From assembly GCF_036321535.1 (NCBI RefSeq), contig NC_087437.1, forward strand, positions 50,098,001 through 50,162,000: 64,000 nucleotides of DNA, read 5' to 3'. The stretch is from Camelus dromedarius. Lineage: Eukaryota. The position numbers were made by a program, and so were the translations under genes. Below, one piece after another: positions 1 through 13,630 of the stretch (position 1 is the first letter of the stretch; each line of letters opens with the position of its first letter). The notes under the pieces were generated by a model. It did not search any database and had not been told where the DNA came from. It saw only the letters and a list, made by a program, of their open reading frames with translations.

Positions 1-689
1 TCTTAGAGTAAAACTGATACTCCAGGAAGATGCATCATGTTAATCTCTTGAAATACTGTTATCCAGGGTGAGATGGTACAGCAATCAGTGAGCCTTCCTT
101 AAGGTTCAGGGACTCTGATCTTGAGCCTTCAATCAGACTTACTGTATGGTTCTGAGCATGTATGTCCTCTAGCTGCTTTGGTCCTCAGCTTCCTCATGTG
201 TAAAATGAGACGGGTATACTAGGTGTTGATCTTTAAACTCTGTTCACTTTGGGATGCTATAATAATTCTAGTAACACATTTTGTTTTTTCAATGGAGAGT
301 AATGGCTACTTAAATATTAGTGTAGATTAATTCTGTGAATCTTTTACAACATAAGAATTTTAAGGAAGCATGGAATCCATATGTGAAATATAAAAAGAAA
401 ACACACTTACTGTTTTGGCAAATTTACTCCAAAACTTTAAATATAAAAACCTGGGGAAAAAATGCCCTGTTTGGTTTTCCCTTTGTTTTCATTTGTTCAA
501 TAAAACCATGTTTAATTGGGAATGAGCAATCATAACCCTTTATTAATCAAAGCTTTTTCTTGCAGCATAATTCCAAGAGAAAGATGCAGAAAGAAACCAA
601 AAAACCTTCTAACAAATTTTCCTTTCATTAAAAAATTATATTCTGTCCACAGTTATTCACTAGACTCTATGTCTAACATACTACATCCT

Positions 690-930
690 TAACTATGGTG
701 ATTTGGTTTTGAGCTCATGCTCTGGAATCAACCCTTAGTTAAATCCTACCTCCACCATTTAGTTATTGTATCAGTTATCCTCTCTAAGCCTCAGTGCTCT
801 CATCTGTAACATGAACATAATAATAACACCTCATGGAGTCTGAGGAGCAGGGATTAAATGAAATAGTGTATGTCAAATGCTCCGCACAGTGTTTGGCCCA
901 AGGTAAGTCCTCCATTAATAAGATCTCTCA
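690..930 (+). mobile_element. MIR SINE
   Basis: MIR core 'tctctaagcctcagtgctctcatctgtaac' and 3' 'gcacagtgtttggccca'. Confidence 0.8.
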
Positions 931-1539
931 TTAATACCTTCTACATGGGAATCACTGTTCCCCTTCACATTAAAAGCCCATCTCAAGGTGAGACAAATAT
1001 ATGAAGCACACCAGAAATAAGAAAGTAATCCAAAACACTTAGCCAAATAGCATCCAAATTATCTTCCAAAAATACCTTGTTCAGTCAAAAACAAAAAAAA
1101 ACTTCCATACATCCTACCCTACTCCTCTGCATGATCCCACCCCAAGCCACTATTATGGGACTCAGCCATATGAACAGTCCTCTCTGCTGGCATGGTAGTT
1201 ACCCACACGTTCAGAATCAGTTGCTAGGGATCATCACAAGGTTACCTCCTGTCCTAGCTGACAAATGCAACCCACCCACCAGTACCCTCAGGCCCAGTCT
1301 GGCCCAATTCACCCTCACCTCTGTACCATTGCTTACATGGTCCCTCCACCTACTTCACCTTAGGGCTGTCTCTTCTTCGCAGGTTTCACTTTGTGCTTTT
1401 CACTCCTTCAGTAGCTCCCTATTTCATTTGGCATCAAGCTTAAACTGCACATGGATTTCCAGATCCTTCTTTACTTCTTCAGCCTCAATTTCCATCTTGG
1501 CCCTCCATCCAACACCCAACCTCCAGCTGTTTTGAACTA

Positions 1540-1930
1540 CTGAAATTTCTCAAAACTTCCCATATTCAGCTTCACCTCCAGGTCTTCAAGGGTTCTCTTT
1601 TTTCTGGGATATTCTTTTTCTTTCTCCCTGAACCCCTTCCTTCAGATGCCCCATAGCTAATTCCTATTTGGCCTTAAGTTCTCAGCTTACATGGGAGCCT
1701 TTCCTGACTAGGGAAGATTTGGTTAGTGAGTACACATGTCTCCATGGCATTCCAGTTCTCACCCTTATCAGAATTTTTATCAAATATTATTGCAGTAGGC
1801 TATGTGCTTATTTGTCCTACTCCAAATAAACAATTCCTTAACAGCAGGGGCTGGGTTATGATCATACTCTCTGGCCCAAGAATGGAGCCTTTCACATATG
1901 AAGTCCTCAGAAAATATCTGTCAAACAAAT
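1540..1930 (+). mobile_element. L2 3' fragment
   Basis: Pyrimidine-rich L2-like body ending 'cagaaaatatctgtcaaacaaat'. Confidence 0.6.
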
Positions 1931-4039
1931 TTCTTTTATATCTATCAGAGTACTTTTTATATAATCATCGTCAGTTCCAACATAAAACAGGTAGATGGAT
2001 TATAAAAGTCATGTTTAATAGACTACATCAACATTAGAAACTGTCATTAACTAGCCAACCACAGAAGGTCCTAAAGAAACACATCAACACTCACTTTCTC
2101 CCCACGCTGTTCTGGAGAGTAAATTAAAACATGGACATTGCAGAGAGGTCCTTGAAGGACTACTAAACTTCTGTGGAAGAAAAATTTGGTAGGTTATTTA
2201 TGCATCTTCAAGGCTGCCCTTTCCATCCTAAAGGCTGGAGAACAGTGAGGGAGAGTGTTGTGGGGAGACAAGGAGCACAGAATCATTAGGAGTAATCAGG
2301 AATGTTTAGATATCGAAATGGTAATTGGTTGTGTGAAAGAGTTTGGGACACAAATCTCTTAAAAATATTTTGTTTATGACTAATAGAAACTGTGAGGTTC
2401 TCCAACCCATGTAGCTTCGCAGTGTGTGTGTGAGTGTATGAAGGTGAGATGGGTAGTCCTCATCGTTGTCTCATGACTCACACCAATTATTTAAAAGTGC
2501 TTTTCTTTATAGCCTCCTCAACCCTGATTTTGCCCAAGGTTTTACCCAGCCAGACCCTCCCACACATCACATGTCAGTAAAGGAAAATCTCAGTACCTCA
2601 GCTCTGATCACACACACTTTTTTCTGGAACACCTATCTCACTTCACTTTTACCCTTATGCCCATTCCACTTTGTTCAGACTTTAGATCCTATTTTGGCTT
2701 CTATTTTTGGTTCCCATCACAGATCCTGGAACTTAGCTTTTCTTGCTTTGCCCCTGGATGTTCTTTTAGAACTTTGGTTTGATTAATTTCACTACTAGAC
2801 GAACTGTTCTGAAAGAGCAGGGTTTTTTTCACTTCTCTTATACTAGAAATATATATTTCATATACATCAAGAGCCAACCTAAATAACAGCCATCCTAGAA
2901 CCAAATATCCATAGTTGATTCTGGACCACCTGAGCCCCCAGCCACACAATGGGCCAGTATTTCCCGAAGTGTAGGACACATACCATGTGTGGCCACACTG
3001 CCGGACATGAGCCTGTGCAGGCAGTACACTGGCATGGTGCTGAACAGCAGCAGTCCACATAGTGAGTAGGAAAGTTATTCTCCTATCAGTTGTCTTTCAG
3101 TCTTTCTGATTACAGTAAGACTAAAAAGTCCAAGTGCTAATCTTGAACACCTTTCCTATACTTCATAACACCCTGTCTAACACAAAAGAACTGAATAGTT
3201 TTCATTTGTTTCCTTTAATAGTTACATCTTCTTTATGGTTTATCACATTTGTTTACTATTTATAGGACTGATATGTTCATAGTAAATAGTTTCCCTTGCA
3301 AGTAAACTACACTTAAAAGGTAAGTCCATAAAAAGAAAATGTTATTTAAATAATAGCACAGGCAGTGTATGGCTCTGATTTAAAAAACCATGATGCAGTC
3401 ATGAATTGCTGAATTTGGTAGACAACAAAAAAACAGACCAAAGTTACAGAACAAAATTAGATTTAGGCATAGCAATAGTTTATATTTTCTGACCCCTCAA
3501 AATACCAGGTTTTCTTTAAGTCAGCAATAAAAACATTTTCATTTATTCTCTACATATTTCTTAAGGGAATTTAAAAAAATTGAATCTCTTCAAACTTTCA
3601 TTCCTAGTTCTTTCTTCCTCAAAACCATGAAATGATTGTTCTATAGACTACAGTGCTCACGGGTCAACCAAAAAAAAAAAAAAAAAAAGGATCCTTTAGT
3701 CCCATAATTACCAAAGGAATAAACAGAACCTTGAGAAAACAAGCTGGTGTTCAAGAAAATAATTTTCATTGCCAGCACCTAACCACCGGCCCCTTTCTTA
3801 AGAGGAGTAAGAGGCCCACAGGGTAATAAAAGGCCCTATAGAACCATATAAAAGTTCCACATGTGCTACTCCCTGAGTGGCCTTTAAGGGGGTAAGGGCT
3901 GGAAGGGGGCAGGGGAACAGGGCTAAGAGCAAGACAAAAAAGGAAAAATTTTGCTTCTGGAGAAGCAGCTCATCTTACACACAAAAAAACTAATTAACAT
4001 GACAGGTTCCTATTTGCAGAAGATCTTGTTATCAGTGAA

Positions 4040-4086
4040 AAACAACAACAACAACAACAATAATCGTAATAATAATATGATGATGA
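4040..4086. repeat. (AAC)n/(AAT)n/(ATG)n compound microsatellite
   Basis: aacaacaacaacaacaacaataatcgtaataataatatgatgatg. Confidence 0.9.
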
Positions 4087-4244
4087 GCCCAAGCAGTCGG
4101 GGTTTCTGCAATTACAGTGTGAATTGCATGAGAGGATTATATGAAGTGCTCTTGGCTTGGAGGGGGAAGTAAGACGCTTCAGCTTGCGAAGCGCAAGCAG
4201 CTGCTTGGGGGCCGTGCACCTGCCGGTTCCAAGGCTGTTTTTAC

Positions 4245-4620
4245 CTCGAGAGGAAAACAGGCCCCTTCTCTTTCCCTTTCACAGCCCCCAGTCCAAAAAC
4301 CATGTCTAAGAAGAGGGAGAAACGGGGAGAAAAAATGGTGAGGAGAAAAAGGCTCAAGAAAATAAAACTGAAAGAGTTCGTCCCCGACAGCAACAGCGGC
4401 TCCCCCATTTAGTGAGAAAATCGCGGAGCTGGAGAGCAGGGGGAAAGGTAGGGGTGGGAGGGAGGACGGTGGCGAGAGGAAGGGAATGACTTCATTTTAA
4501 TGCAGCAACAGACAGACCGCGATCTGATATTGGCAAAGTTTCAAGGAAAATGGGGGGCAAGGGGGCGGTAGGAGAAGAAAGGACTCTTTTACTGTTTCAG
4601 GCGGCTAAGTCTTCCAGAGG
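4245..4620 (-). promoter_or_regulatory. Promoter and probable non-coding first exon of a minus-strand gene (identity unconfirmed; tentatively SOX6-like)
   Basis: Repeat-free block with raised CpG. GC box GGGGCGG at ~4562, CCAAT box (ATTGG 4529-4533) and purine-rich G-tracts at 4438-4482. Minus-strand donor CGAG|GTAAAA with exon end at 4245. The gene name is only weak recall. Confidence 0.5.
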
Positions 4621-7249
4621 AGCATAAGCTCAGCTCGACATTCTGGGAATAGCAATGAGGCACACACAACAATCAAAACACACTAAATCTGTTTGATGAT
4701 TCAAACACATCATGCATCTGCACCCACAAAATAAGACTTCAATTAAATAACCTTGAAGATTTGAACAGGAAAAGAAGGGAAAGCGTGAGGATTTTTAATT
4801 AGTAACTCCCAATACAAGCAGTTCTCTAAAAATTAGGTGTTTGCACTACACTTTATTCTAAAGTGAGTTGTAAGCGTGTGCCACTAGAGAGCACCGGACA
4901 GCTCCTCCCCAACATCGACTTGAATTTGTGTTTTCCTTCATTAGGAAGAAGACTAGAGGAAGTTGCTTCAAGAAGGCCTTTACCAAAGGCGTGAAAAGAG
5001 CCTACATGAAGCTTTTTATACACATTCACACAGATACATGCACATCCACAGAACTTTTCCAGTATTACAGGAAAACTCCATACGGTTTATTAAAAACAAA
5101 ACACACACACACAAAAGAATAAATACCCATGTCTCACATCGGGTCATTGTGCAAACTACAACTTCTGTTCCCCAGAATTTTTACTTAGAGGATTTCTATT
5201 TCTATGGTAGGGATAAATTATCCCACTATACTATTATTACTTGGTCTTTGAGCATGTGATCTATCATATATGTTTGTATCCATACTACATAATAACACAC
5301 AGTTAGCAGTGAATGATATGCTTGAGTGTCTCAGAAACGGCTTTTTTGTTGTTGTTAGACCCAGATTCACTTACTTTCAAACCGATTTGCAAATAAGCTT
5401 GGCCTGGTCCCTGCTTGCTTTTAAAAAATCAAAAGGAAATAATTCATACTGAAAAATAGGAAAGCATTTGTAAGGCTCTATCTTTGGAATATTAGAAACA
5501 CTTCTCCCTTTTATTGAAAATTTATTCAACCTAGCAACCTAAGCAGAAGTTTAGAGGAATGAGAACAAGTTTTTTCAACTTCCTAGATTATACTCCCTGC
5601 CCCCAGCAAAGACTCCAAATGCATCAGTTATCTGACAAAATATAAATAAAATCTATTTGAAATATAAGCATTTTACTCTACATAAACCTGAGGTTGATAC
5701 AAAGACTATTTAGTAGAACAAGAAAGCCAACTGTGCAAATTAAGAAGACATGAAAATTAACTAAATCATTCTTTAGAGTCTGAAAATATAAATGAGTCAC
5801 AGAAAGGGAGGCAAGAGTTCAAGCGTGTGAGCATGAAGCTAAAATGTCTCACCACATTTGTATTTTCAAAGAGTAATTTGAGCAACTGAGGGGTTTGAAC
5901 CATGGTATACTGTTTAGAAAGCACTTAATTTGGGGTCAAAAACAGAGTTCAAAAGGAATGTAAGCCAGGAACATTGGGTATACCTATCAGTACCAGTAAA
6001 ACCATGCCCCTTTTAAAAGCCTGTAAGCCTTAGGTAAAATATGAAATAAAGGATGGACAATTTTGTCCATCACAGAAGTGGGAATTACCTGTACCCCTCT
6101 GTTAGTTTCCCCTCAGTAAATGGGTAAAGCTTTGCTGCCCACTCAGAATGAGGCCAGATTCAAGGTGAGTTCTTCCCTAGTGGAAATGAGGAAGGGACTA
6201 ACCCTGGGAGGCAAGAATCCCAAGTCTCAACCTCAACTCAGAGTGGCCTAAAGACTATATACATTGCTCTCTCTGACCTCAGTATTTTCATCTACAAAAT
6301 GAGAAAGGTGAATTATTAGATAGTCTCAAAGATGTCATCCAATTCCAAAATCCTGTGATTCCAAGGGTAGAATCAGAAAAGACTGATAATATATCTTGCA
6401 CCACTTGGTAGATAAGGAGATATCTATTCCTCTTCCACTGCCATGATTAAAATCCCCAAAGAGGTGAATCCCAATAACTCACAGCTTTGATGGAAGCTCT
6501 TCAATTAGGCTGAAAAATCTCAAAAGAGTCTAAAAGAATAAAAGTGAATTGTCAGTCATGAAGCCTCTGGAATTTCTGACCATTCACCCATCTTTAAAGT
6601 CCCAGTATTTTTCAAGGTGCATCATGTTAAGGTTGGGGTCAGAATCGCCAAGGAAAATGGGATGTGGGCCAAGTTTCTGGACTGCTCGTTAACTCCTTCC
6701 TCCAAATTCAAACCCACAAGCCACAGTGACACACTGCTGTTAATGGGAGTGTGTCCTATCAGATGCCAGGAGGAAAAAGATGAAAAACCATGGTACTACC
6801 TTACCTCCCACCTAGCCAGATTTAGTCTGTCCTTCAAGCTTCTGTTTTCCTTCAAGAAGGCTCTGCAGACTGTTTCACACTAATCTTTCTTCTTTACAAA
6901 TTGGTACCAGATTGTAGCATAACTCATCTGACATCAATTACACCTTGTGACATCTCATATTTTTATTTTAACTTTTAAAGCATCACTTCCTCATTTATGA
7001 TACTACTTCAGTGTTCCTCAGTACGATTCTGTGGTCAGAACCTGGTACACACTGTATAAAACAAAGTTGAGCAAATTTTACAGCAAAATGTTGAGAGCAA
7101 TTAATAAACTGATGTGTATCATGATGTGACATCCCAAGTGCTATAGACAGCACTTGGTCTTCTCAAGCTTACTTAAAAAAAGCTTCTATCGGAAGTATTG
7201 TCCAATCTCTATAACAAGGTTTCATTTAAGAATTACGATTCAAAACTTC

Positions 7250-7540
7250 ACTTATTCATTTAATCATTAGTGCTACAAATATTTACTGAGTGCCTCCTTC
7301 GTGGCAGGCACAACTATGCTAGGGGTGGGACTACCAGATGGGTAATTCCTGATCCCTCAGTCCAGTGGGAAAGACATAATAACAGCTAATCATAATCCAA
7401 TGTGATGAGTACAGAAAAAGCAATATGCACAGAATAATATGAACACCAATGAAGAAGCACCCACCTGGTGGGAGAAGAGTGGTTAGGAAGTGAGAAATCT
7501 TTCTCCATGGGATGACCTCAGAGTGAGGATGGGAGGGAGC
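7250..7540 (-). mobile_element. L2 3' fragment
   Basis: 'attcatttaatc..aaatatttactgagtgcctcc..gcaggcac' is the reverse complement of an L2 terminus. Confidence 0.75.
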
Positions 7541-7564
7541 TATCAAATTACTGACACACATATA

Positions 7565-7800
7565 ATTTGGTCAAGAGTTTAGGTCCAGAGTCAGAGCCAC
7601 CTGAGTTAGAATCCTGCTCCTGCCTCATAGCAGCTGTATGACCCTGGGCAGGTTTCACTCTTTGAGCCTCATATTCTTTATCTATAAAGTGTTAAGTATT
7701 AACCTCAAAGCATTGTGAGGATTTAATGAGATCCTAAATGTTGCACCCTGGCAGCGTCTGGAATAGAGACCTCTCAATGAACTCAGGCTCATGTCATTAG
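7565..7800 (+). mobile_element. MIR SINE
   Basis: 'ccagagtcagagccacctgagttagaatcctgctcc..gctgtatgaccctgggcagg'. Confidence 0.8.
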
Positions 7801-7869
7801 TGAAGCGTTACTGCCATATGGATCACCTTCTTGCTACAGTGTGGGAGAATGAGATATAAAATTCATATG

Positions 7870-8125
7870 CCACTTCCCTGTTAAAGCCTCTCCTCATTCC
7901 CTCACCTCTGCCCAAGTTCATTAGTCTCTCTCCCATATCTCCTCTTTTTCAAATATTCTACTGTATTTATGAGGCGCCATTCTGTAATTTATTTACTTAC
8001 ATGTATCCTCTATTAGATTATAAGAAACTTGATAGAAACTCTGTCCTATTCATCTCAGAATCCCCCATGTCTAAGACAGCGTCTACCTCATACATAGTAG
8101 GTACTTAATAAATGCTAATGGAATT
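7870..8125 (+). mobile_element. L2 3' fragment
   Basis: Ends 'acatagtaggtacttaataaatgctaatggaattg'. Confidence 0.7.
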
Positions 8126-9289
8126 GGATATATATAGTGTGACTATATAACATTCTGCTGCAAGTCTGCCTTCAAATAAGTGATGGAGATGTTAGCACAG
8201 AGATGACATGATTGATACAGGGTAAGAAAGAGCAACATGCTCAGGGTCTAGGACAGTCTTACTTTTGCATTCACTCTATAGCATGAACTTATACAGGTCT
8301 GGTGCCTCTGCTACTGGCCTTGTAAGGCCAATAAAAATGAAGTGAGATGGCATTAAAAGTAAATTTTTTTAATTAACCACCCTTCTCCAGATTTTGCATC
8401 CTTAGTATAATGTCATGAAATCATGAACTCCAAACCAATAAGAACAAACATAAACTGTCTCAGAATCAGGAGATTAAAGCAGGGGCTAGGATTAAATGAA
8501 GTCGGTGGCTTCCTATCAACAAATAGTGTGATTTCCAGACAGAACTGCAAGACCCTCAAAAAATTTTCCCCATAAATCTTTCCCTCCTTCCAAAACTGGC
8601 TTGAAATTCTTGCCATGTAAGTTTCTATATATCTGTGTGTATTTAAGGTGGGTGTAAGGGTGGGCTAGACATAGCGTCTTCAGAAAACCCTTGCAATAAT
8701 GCTTGTTATCGTTTCACTTGCCTTTTCCCGTTAGCGTATTAGCTTCATGCATGGGAATATGCCTTGTAAATCATACAAAAAATATTATTAACACAGAATC
8801 ATTTATCAGGTCAGCTTTTGGTCGCACAGAAGACATGGTCTCAGGGAAAGAGAAATTGGAAAAGACAGGTAGATTTTAATCATGGGCCTCAGACTGGAAC
8901 CAGGTGCAGCCTGGAGAAGGTAGACCAGGGAGAAGTGACTTAATTAAAGCCTAGGAGCTGGGCAGCAGGGGTGGAAATGTAATGATGTAACTTAGTGTCA
9001 GCCTTCAATCCTGTTGTCCCTTAAGTTTACTCATTCATCTTTTTATTGTTGTTGTTTTTAAGTAGGGTTTACTGAGTACTGAGAATGTGCTAGCATTAAG
9101 ACAGGTCTTGGTATGCAGTGGTGTAAATGCAGATAAAGCACCTCCTCTAATGAAGCACACAATCCTAGTATAAGAGACAAATATTAAACAAGCAAGCATA
9201 TTAATATTTCATTTTAAAACATGCTAAGAGCTAAAGGGAAAAAAACAATAGATTATAAGAAAATGATGGAGCCTACCTTTTGGAGTGGG

Positions 9290-10186
9290 TGCAAAAGTAA
9301 ATATACATTAAAACTAATGAAGTTTAAGCTTGCTTGAAAGCCTCTTATTTGCGTGGGCTCCCTCCTAGGCTTTGGAGATAGGGGGACCCCTACAGTGTGT
9401 TCGTACAGCTATGTTTTTGCAAAATTTGCAAATGGAAAATATTTTAACTGCAATCAGTAAAGACTGCTGTCTCTTTCCACTCTGATTTCCTCTGTCATAC
9501 TTCCCCTTATGTTGTGTGAATCTGGAGGGCCATGGGCATTTCTGGGATCTAGTTTGGGGAAAATTGAGATGGGGATACACTTCAGCTGGGTTTGGTGGGA
9601 CATATTACAAACTGTAAAGTTACTATGAGCATCCCAATGTAAGAAAGATTTCCAGGAACAGTCCTCCTAGCCTTTTTACCAACTCTTACAGCAGGATGAC
9701 ACAAGGGTTTAGGCCTAGAGGGTATCACCTGATATGACTGTGTCCTCCATTGCCTGGCACCAGAAGTAGATAGGTAGTTGGGGAGAAACCAAGTATGAAA
9801 TGCAAGGGCAAGACAGAGCTTTTGCCCTGTGTGAAAACACTACTACTAAACATTTGCATAGCATTACTAATAAAAACACTGTGAAGCTGAAATAAACTTT
9901 TCTAAACTGTCGAATATAAAAAGCAAATTTTGATTACTATAGAAAAACACTAAATTATCTTTCTATCTCACCATGGGAGAAAAAAGACATATAGCCAAAG
10001 AACATAAGGGGAAAATGATTAAAGCATTACTTATGCTATGGTACTAGTTACATTTTTAAATTTATCATTTTTGTGATGTCTTTTATTATCTAAATAAATA
10101 TTCACTTCTGAGTATAAATTTATATTCATGATTTTTTTCTTAAAGAAAATCCCCGAATTATATAAGCTTCAGGTCCCACAAAACCT
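9290..10186 (+). mobile_element. hAT-Tip100 DNA transposon remnant (MER115/Zaphod-like)
   Basis: 5' 'aaactaatgaagtttaagcttg..gggctccctcctaggc', internal 'actgcaatcagtaaagactgctgtctctttccactctga' and 3' 'tataagcttcaggtcccacaaaacct' fit the recalled consensus. Confidence 0.7.
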
Positions 10187-10844
10187 TCTCTTTACCAAGA
10201 AGCTGTGACCTGACTCTGGTCACAGCTTCTTGGTAAAGGTGAGATTTCAGCTGAAACCCAAGGAAAGTGAAGAAATATTCACAAGAAAAGAAACTCCAGG
10301 GCCATGGAAAGAACATGTGGAAAGACCTGAAGGTGAGATGAGCTTAGAAAGTTCACGTGTAAGACCACAAGCCCTATTTATTTCTAACAACACTTGTTTT
10401 ATTATAAGAATAATGCATGTTCATTATAGTAAATTTGAAAAGCTCAGAGAAGCACACGAGTAAAAACAGAATCACCATATATGTTCTAATTTTTTACTGG
10501 AAAAATATGATTGGTCCAGTTATACCACAGAACTCTAAATCAGATAGGATGGTTCTAAAATGATCTGGAACCTGATAGATTTTCAGAGCATTGTGCAAAT
10601 GTAAAGAATCTGGTTACTCTTATCATCATCATTATCAATGTCCAGTCACAAAAACATATTAAAAATATCCTCTTTTAAATCTTTTGCCAAGGTCATCTGG
10701 CTATGGATGCACCTTTGTGGCAGTAATGACATAGGTGAAGAGGGGTCCCTTAGGATTCCTAATGAAGGGAATACTTATTGTTCTGTTGCCCAACTTATTC
10801 TAGAAATAGTCCCTCTTCTTTCAGGGAACTAACCCTACCACTGC

Positions 10845-11285
10845 TTCAATCATATGACTTTGATAGAATGTGATGATCACAGTTTCCCCTCCCAACTCCC
10901 AATCTCAATTGTTGGGTTTGGAAATGAGCACAGATTTGGGCCAACGTGAATCCTACCCCATGATTTTCTATCTGGAGCTCAGAGAGGACTTGCCCCTCTG
11001 TGATGGTAAAGATGGGGGATGTGGGCCTGAGAGCAGTAGAAGGCCATGTTTCAAGCCAAATAGAAGTTGGTCTGAGAAAATAAGACTGAGGACCTAGAGA
11101 GGAGCAGAGAAGAACGATGAAGAATGTCCTGGTGATCATCCCAGAGAGTCCTTATTTCTTGGCATCTCTGAAATCAAGCTACCCTTACAATCTTTCCTGT
11201 TGACTGGTTAGGTGAAACAGTAGATCTCCCTCTTGTCCAAGTTAGTTCAAGTTATGTGCCTGCCATCTGGAACCAAATTATTCCC
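10845..11285 (+). mobile_element. MaLR solo LTR (old MLT1-type)
   Basis: MLT1-like blocks ending 'ccctcttgtccaagttagttcaagtt..tgccatctggaaccaa'. Confidence 0.55.
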
Positions 11286-11374
11286 AATATGCTAAAGGTG
11301 AATGCCTCCTGTGGATCTTTATCATGAATAAGTCACTGTGCTGGATTCAGGGTTACTAATAAAATAGAAAGGGA

Positions 11375-11565
11375 CAAGAACTAACATATATTGAGTACCT
11401 AGTGCATTTCAGGGGCTATACACAAGTTACTTACTTTCACTCTTATAGCAACTCTAGGAAGGAGGTATTGCTTTTAAGAAACTGAGTCTTGGTGTGATTG
11501 GCAACTTGTCCATGTTCTCACAAGAAAGAACAGAGGCAAAATTTGAACTTAGACCTGACTGCATA
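11375..11565 (-). mobile_element. MIR SINE
   Basis: 'taacatatattgagtacc..gaaactgagtc..aacttgtccatgttctcaca..tttgaactta'. Confidence 0.75.
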
Positions 11566-11939
11566 TCACAATCTTATTCTTCTGCTACATGTTACTCATT
11601 ATAGGATCTTATAACACAATTTCGAAGAGAGATATTTATACAAATAATATAATGGGATATGAGCTGATGCAAACAAGGAGTGACAAAAGAGAGAAGTATT
11701 GAGTATGGACTGACCCATTGCCCAAAGGACCACCCAGTTCTACCACATTGGAATCTTGAAGCCTTGTTACTGCTTTTAAATCCTGTCCTTGCCATGAACC
11801 TAAAAATGCCATTGTTACTAGATAAGTGCTCCTCACTTAAATATGTTCAGATCTATAAGCTAGAGGTTAAGACTTAACAATTTTATTGGAGGGGAGTAAT
11901 GTTTAACCAAGACTATAATAAAATGTGGAAGGATCAGCA

Positions 11940-12210
11940 AAACAGCCATCCAAAGACAGAGCAGGGAAAATGGGTCTAAACCACAACAGAAATTACTTAA
12001 GTCCTTTATATGGGAAAACTGCTGGCTGATAGTGAGGGCTGTTAAACAATGAGATGGGTTACCAGGGCAAGCTAAAGAATCTCCTCATCTACAGGCCTTT
12101 AAAATAGTAAAATTTTCTTGGTCTGAATGGCTTTACGTGTGGTCTTTCTTGAGACGGGGTGGGGTCAGGGAGCTACAGAGGTAAGGATGACCCTCTAATT
12201 CCCTTCCCAA
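11940..12210 (+). mobile_element. CR1/L3 3' fragment
   Basis: 'gtgagggctgttaaacaatgagatgggttaccaggg..gaatctcctcatctacaggcctttaaaatag'. Confidence 0.6.
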
Positions 12211-13547
12211 AGCCTGAAATTCTCCCTACCTGAGTGTCGTCACGTGGAGGAAGGGGCTCTGCCATTCGGCAACCTGTCCCCTCTCCTAGTTCTTGCCTAC
12301 CTTAGTAATGCACTCATTCACAACTGCTGTAGAAATGACTGAAATATTTAGACATAATGGAGGAAGTTTAATAGGGTCCAGTGGGAAACCCAGGTGTTTA
12401 GATCAGCTTAAAAATAATAACCACCTCCCCTGCCAGGGGCTTTCTATTCACAATCAGCTCTGCTTTTATTCTTAACCATAAAGGCTACCTCAGACAGGAA
12501 ATTATTCACGTGATTGGTCTTTACAAGTGCTGTTGGGTTTAAACTGAGGGCTGTAGAGGTCATTAGTGGGCAGCCATGTGATTAACCTTTGCTAGCCCGT
12601 TGCTTTTCACACTTTGTTAACAGCTTCCATTATTGCCCCTCTGAGTCTTGAGGAAGCTGTTTATTGACAGTATTAAAAATACGTAGCTACAAATTCTTAA
12701 GATCCTTGTGTTAAAGGAAAAAAAAAAAAAAACAAAGAACCTCCCAACATCTTATGGGCAGCTGACTGGGGAAGTGGGAAACCTCTAATTTGCCATAGAG
12801 GTTTATCAAGACCTGCATTAAATTAATATTACACTTAGCTCAATAGTAGTCCCTAATGTCGCTCCTTTCTTTCGTATTTATATATATATGATGGTGACAC
12901 CAGAGAATTTTAAAATTTAAAAAGGGAGCTATAAAACCTCTGGAAGTATTTGAAACTTGGACTCTTGTTATTTCTGAGGAAATCAGGTTATATGTGTCTA
13001 GGGAGGAGAGAAAGAAAGGGGTTGATAAGAAAAATGTCTCTCCTAAGGCAAAGTCAAGCCCTCACCCATGTGAAAATGACCAAGAGTTTCAGAAAGGATT
13101 TTTATGTGTGATTCAGTACTTATTCTGATGGGAATAAATAATGGTTGTTTCAGTCTTCACCCCTCTCCTCACCCCCACACTGGGCTATAAAGTGTCTTGG
13201 GAGGCATTTCCTAGAATTGTTTGTGCAAGAAAGACCATATTGATGTTTCCCAACCAATGATACGCCTAAAGCCTACTTAAAGGATGGCATTCTTCAAATG
13301 ATCCTTGGTCTATGACCCCTCCCACTGCCCCCATGACCTTCCTGCAAGAATTGAATGGCCTTTCTATGACCCCCCACCTCAGCATAAGATTTCTTCCCAA
13401 GCACTTTCCTTTTACTTTCTGAATTCCAGTGAAGAATTTAAACTCCTGCTTCAGAAGTATCTAAAGCTTTCCCTCTGCTAAGTCAGAACTCACATTCAAG
13501 GGGGGAAAAGGCCCAGAAGATAAATCTTCAGGAGATTTATTCCCTGA

Positions 13548-13630
13548 TTATATATATGCATATATAATACATTATATATATAATAAATACATATATATGA
13601 CATATGTGTAATATATATGTATATATAAAA
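13548..13630. repeat. Degenerate (TA)n low-complexity tract
   Basis: Seen directly in the sequence. Confidence 0.85.

Noticed and set aside
1077..1535. 152-aa ORF
   Set aside because: Non-ATG start, low-complexity pyrimidine-rich sequence next to an L2; no recognisable domain.
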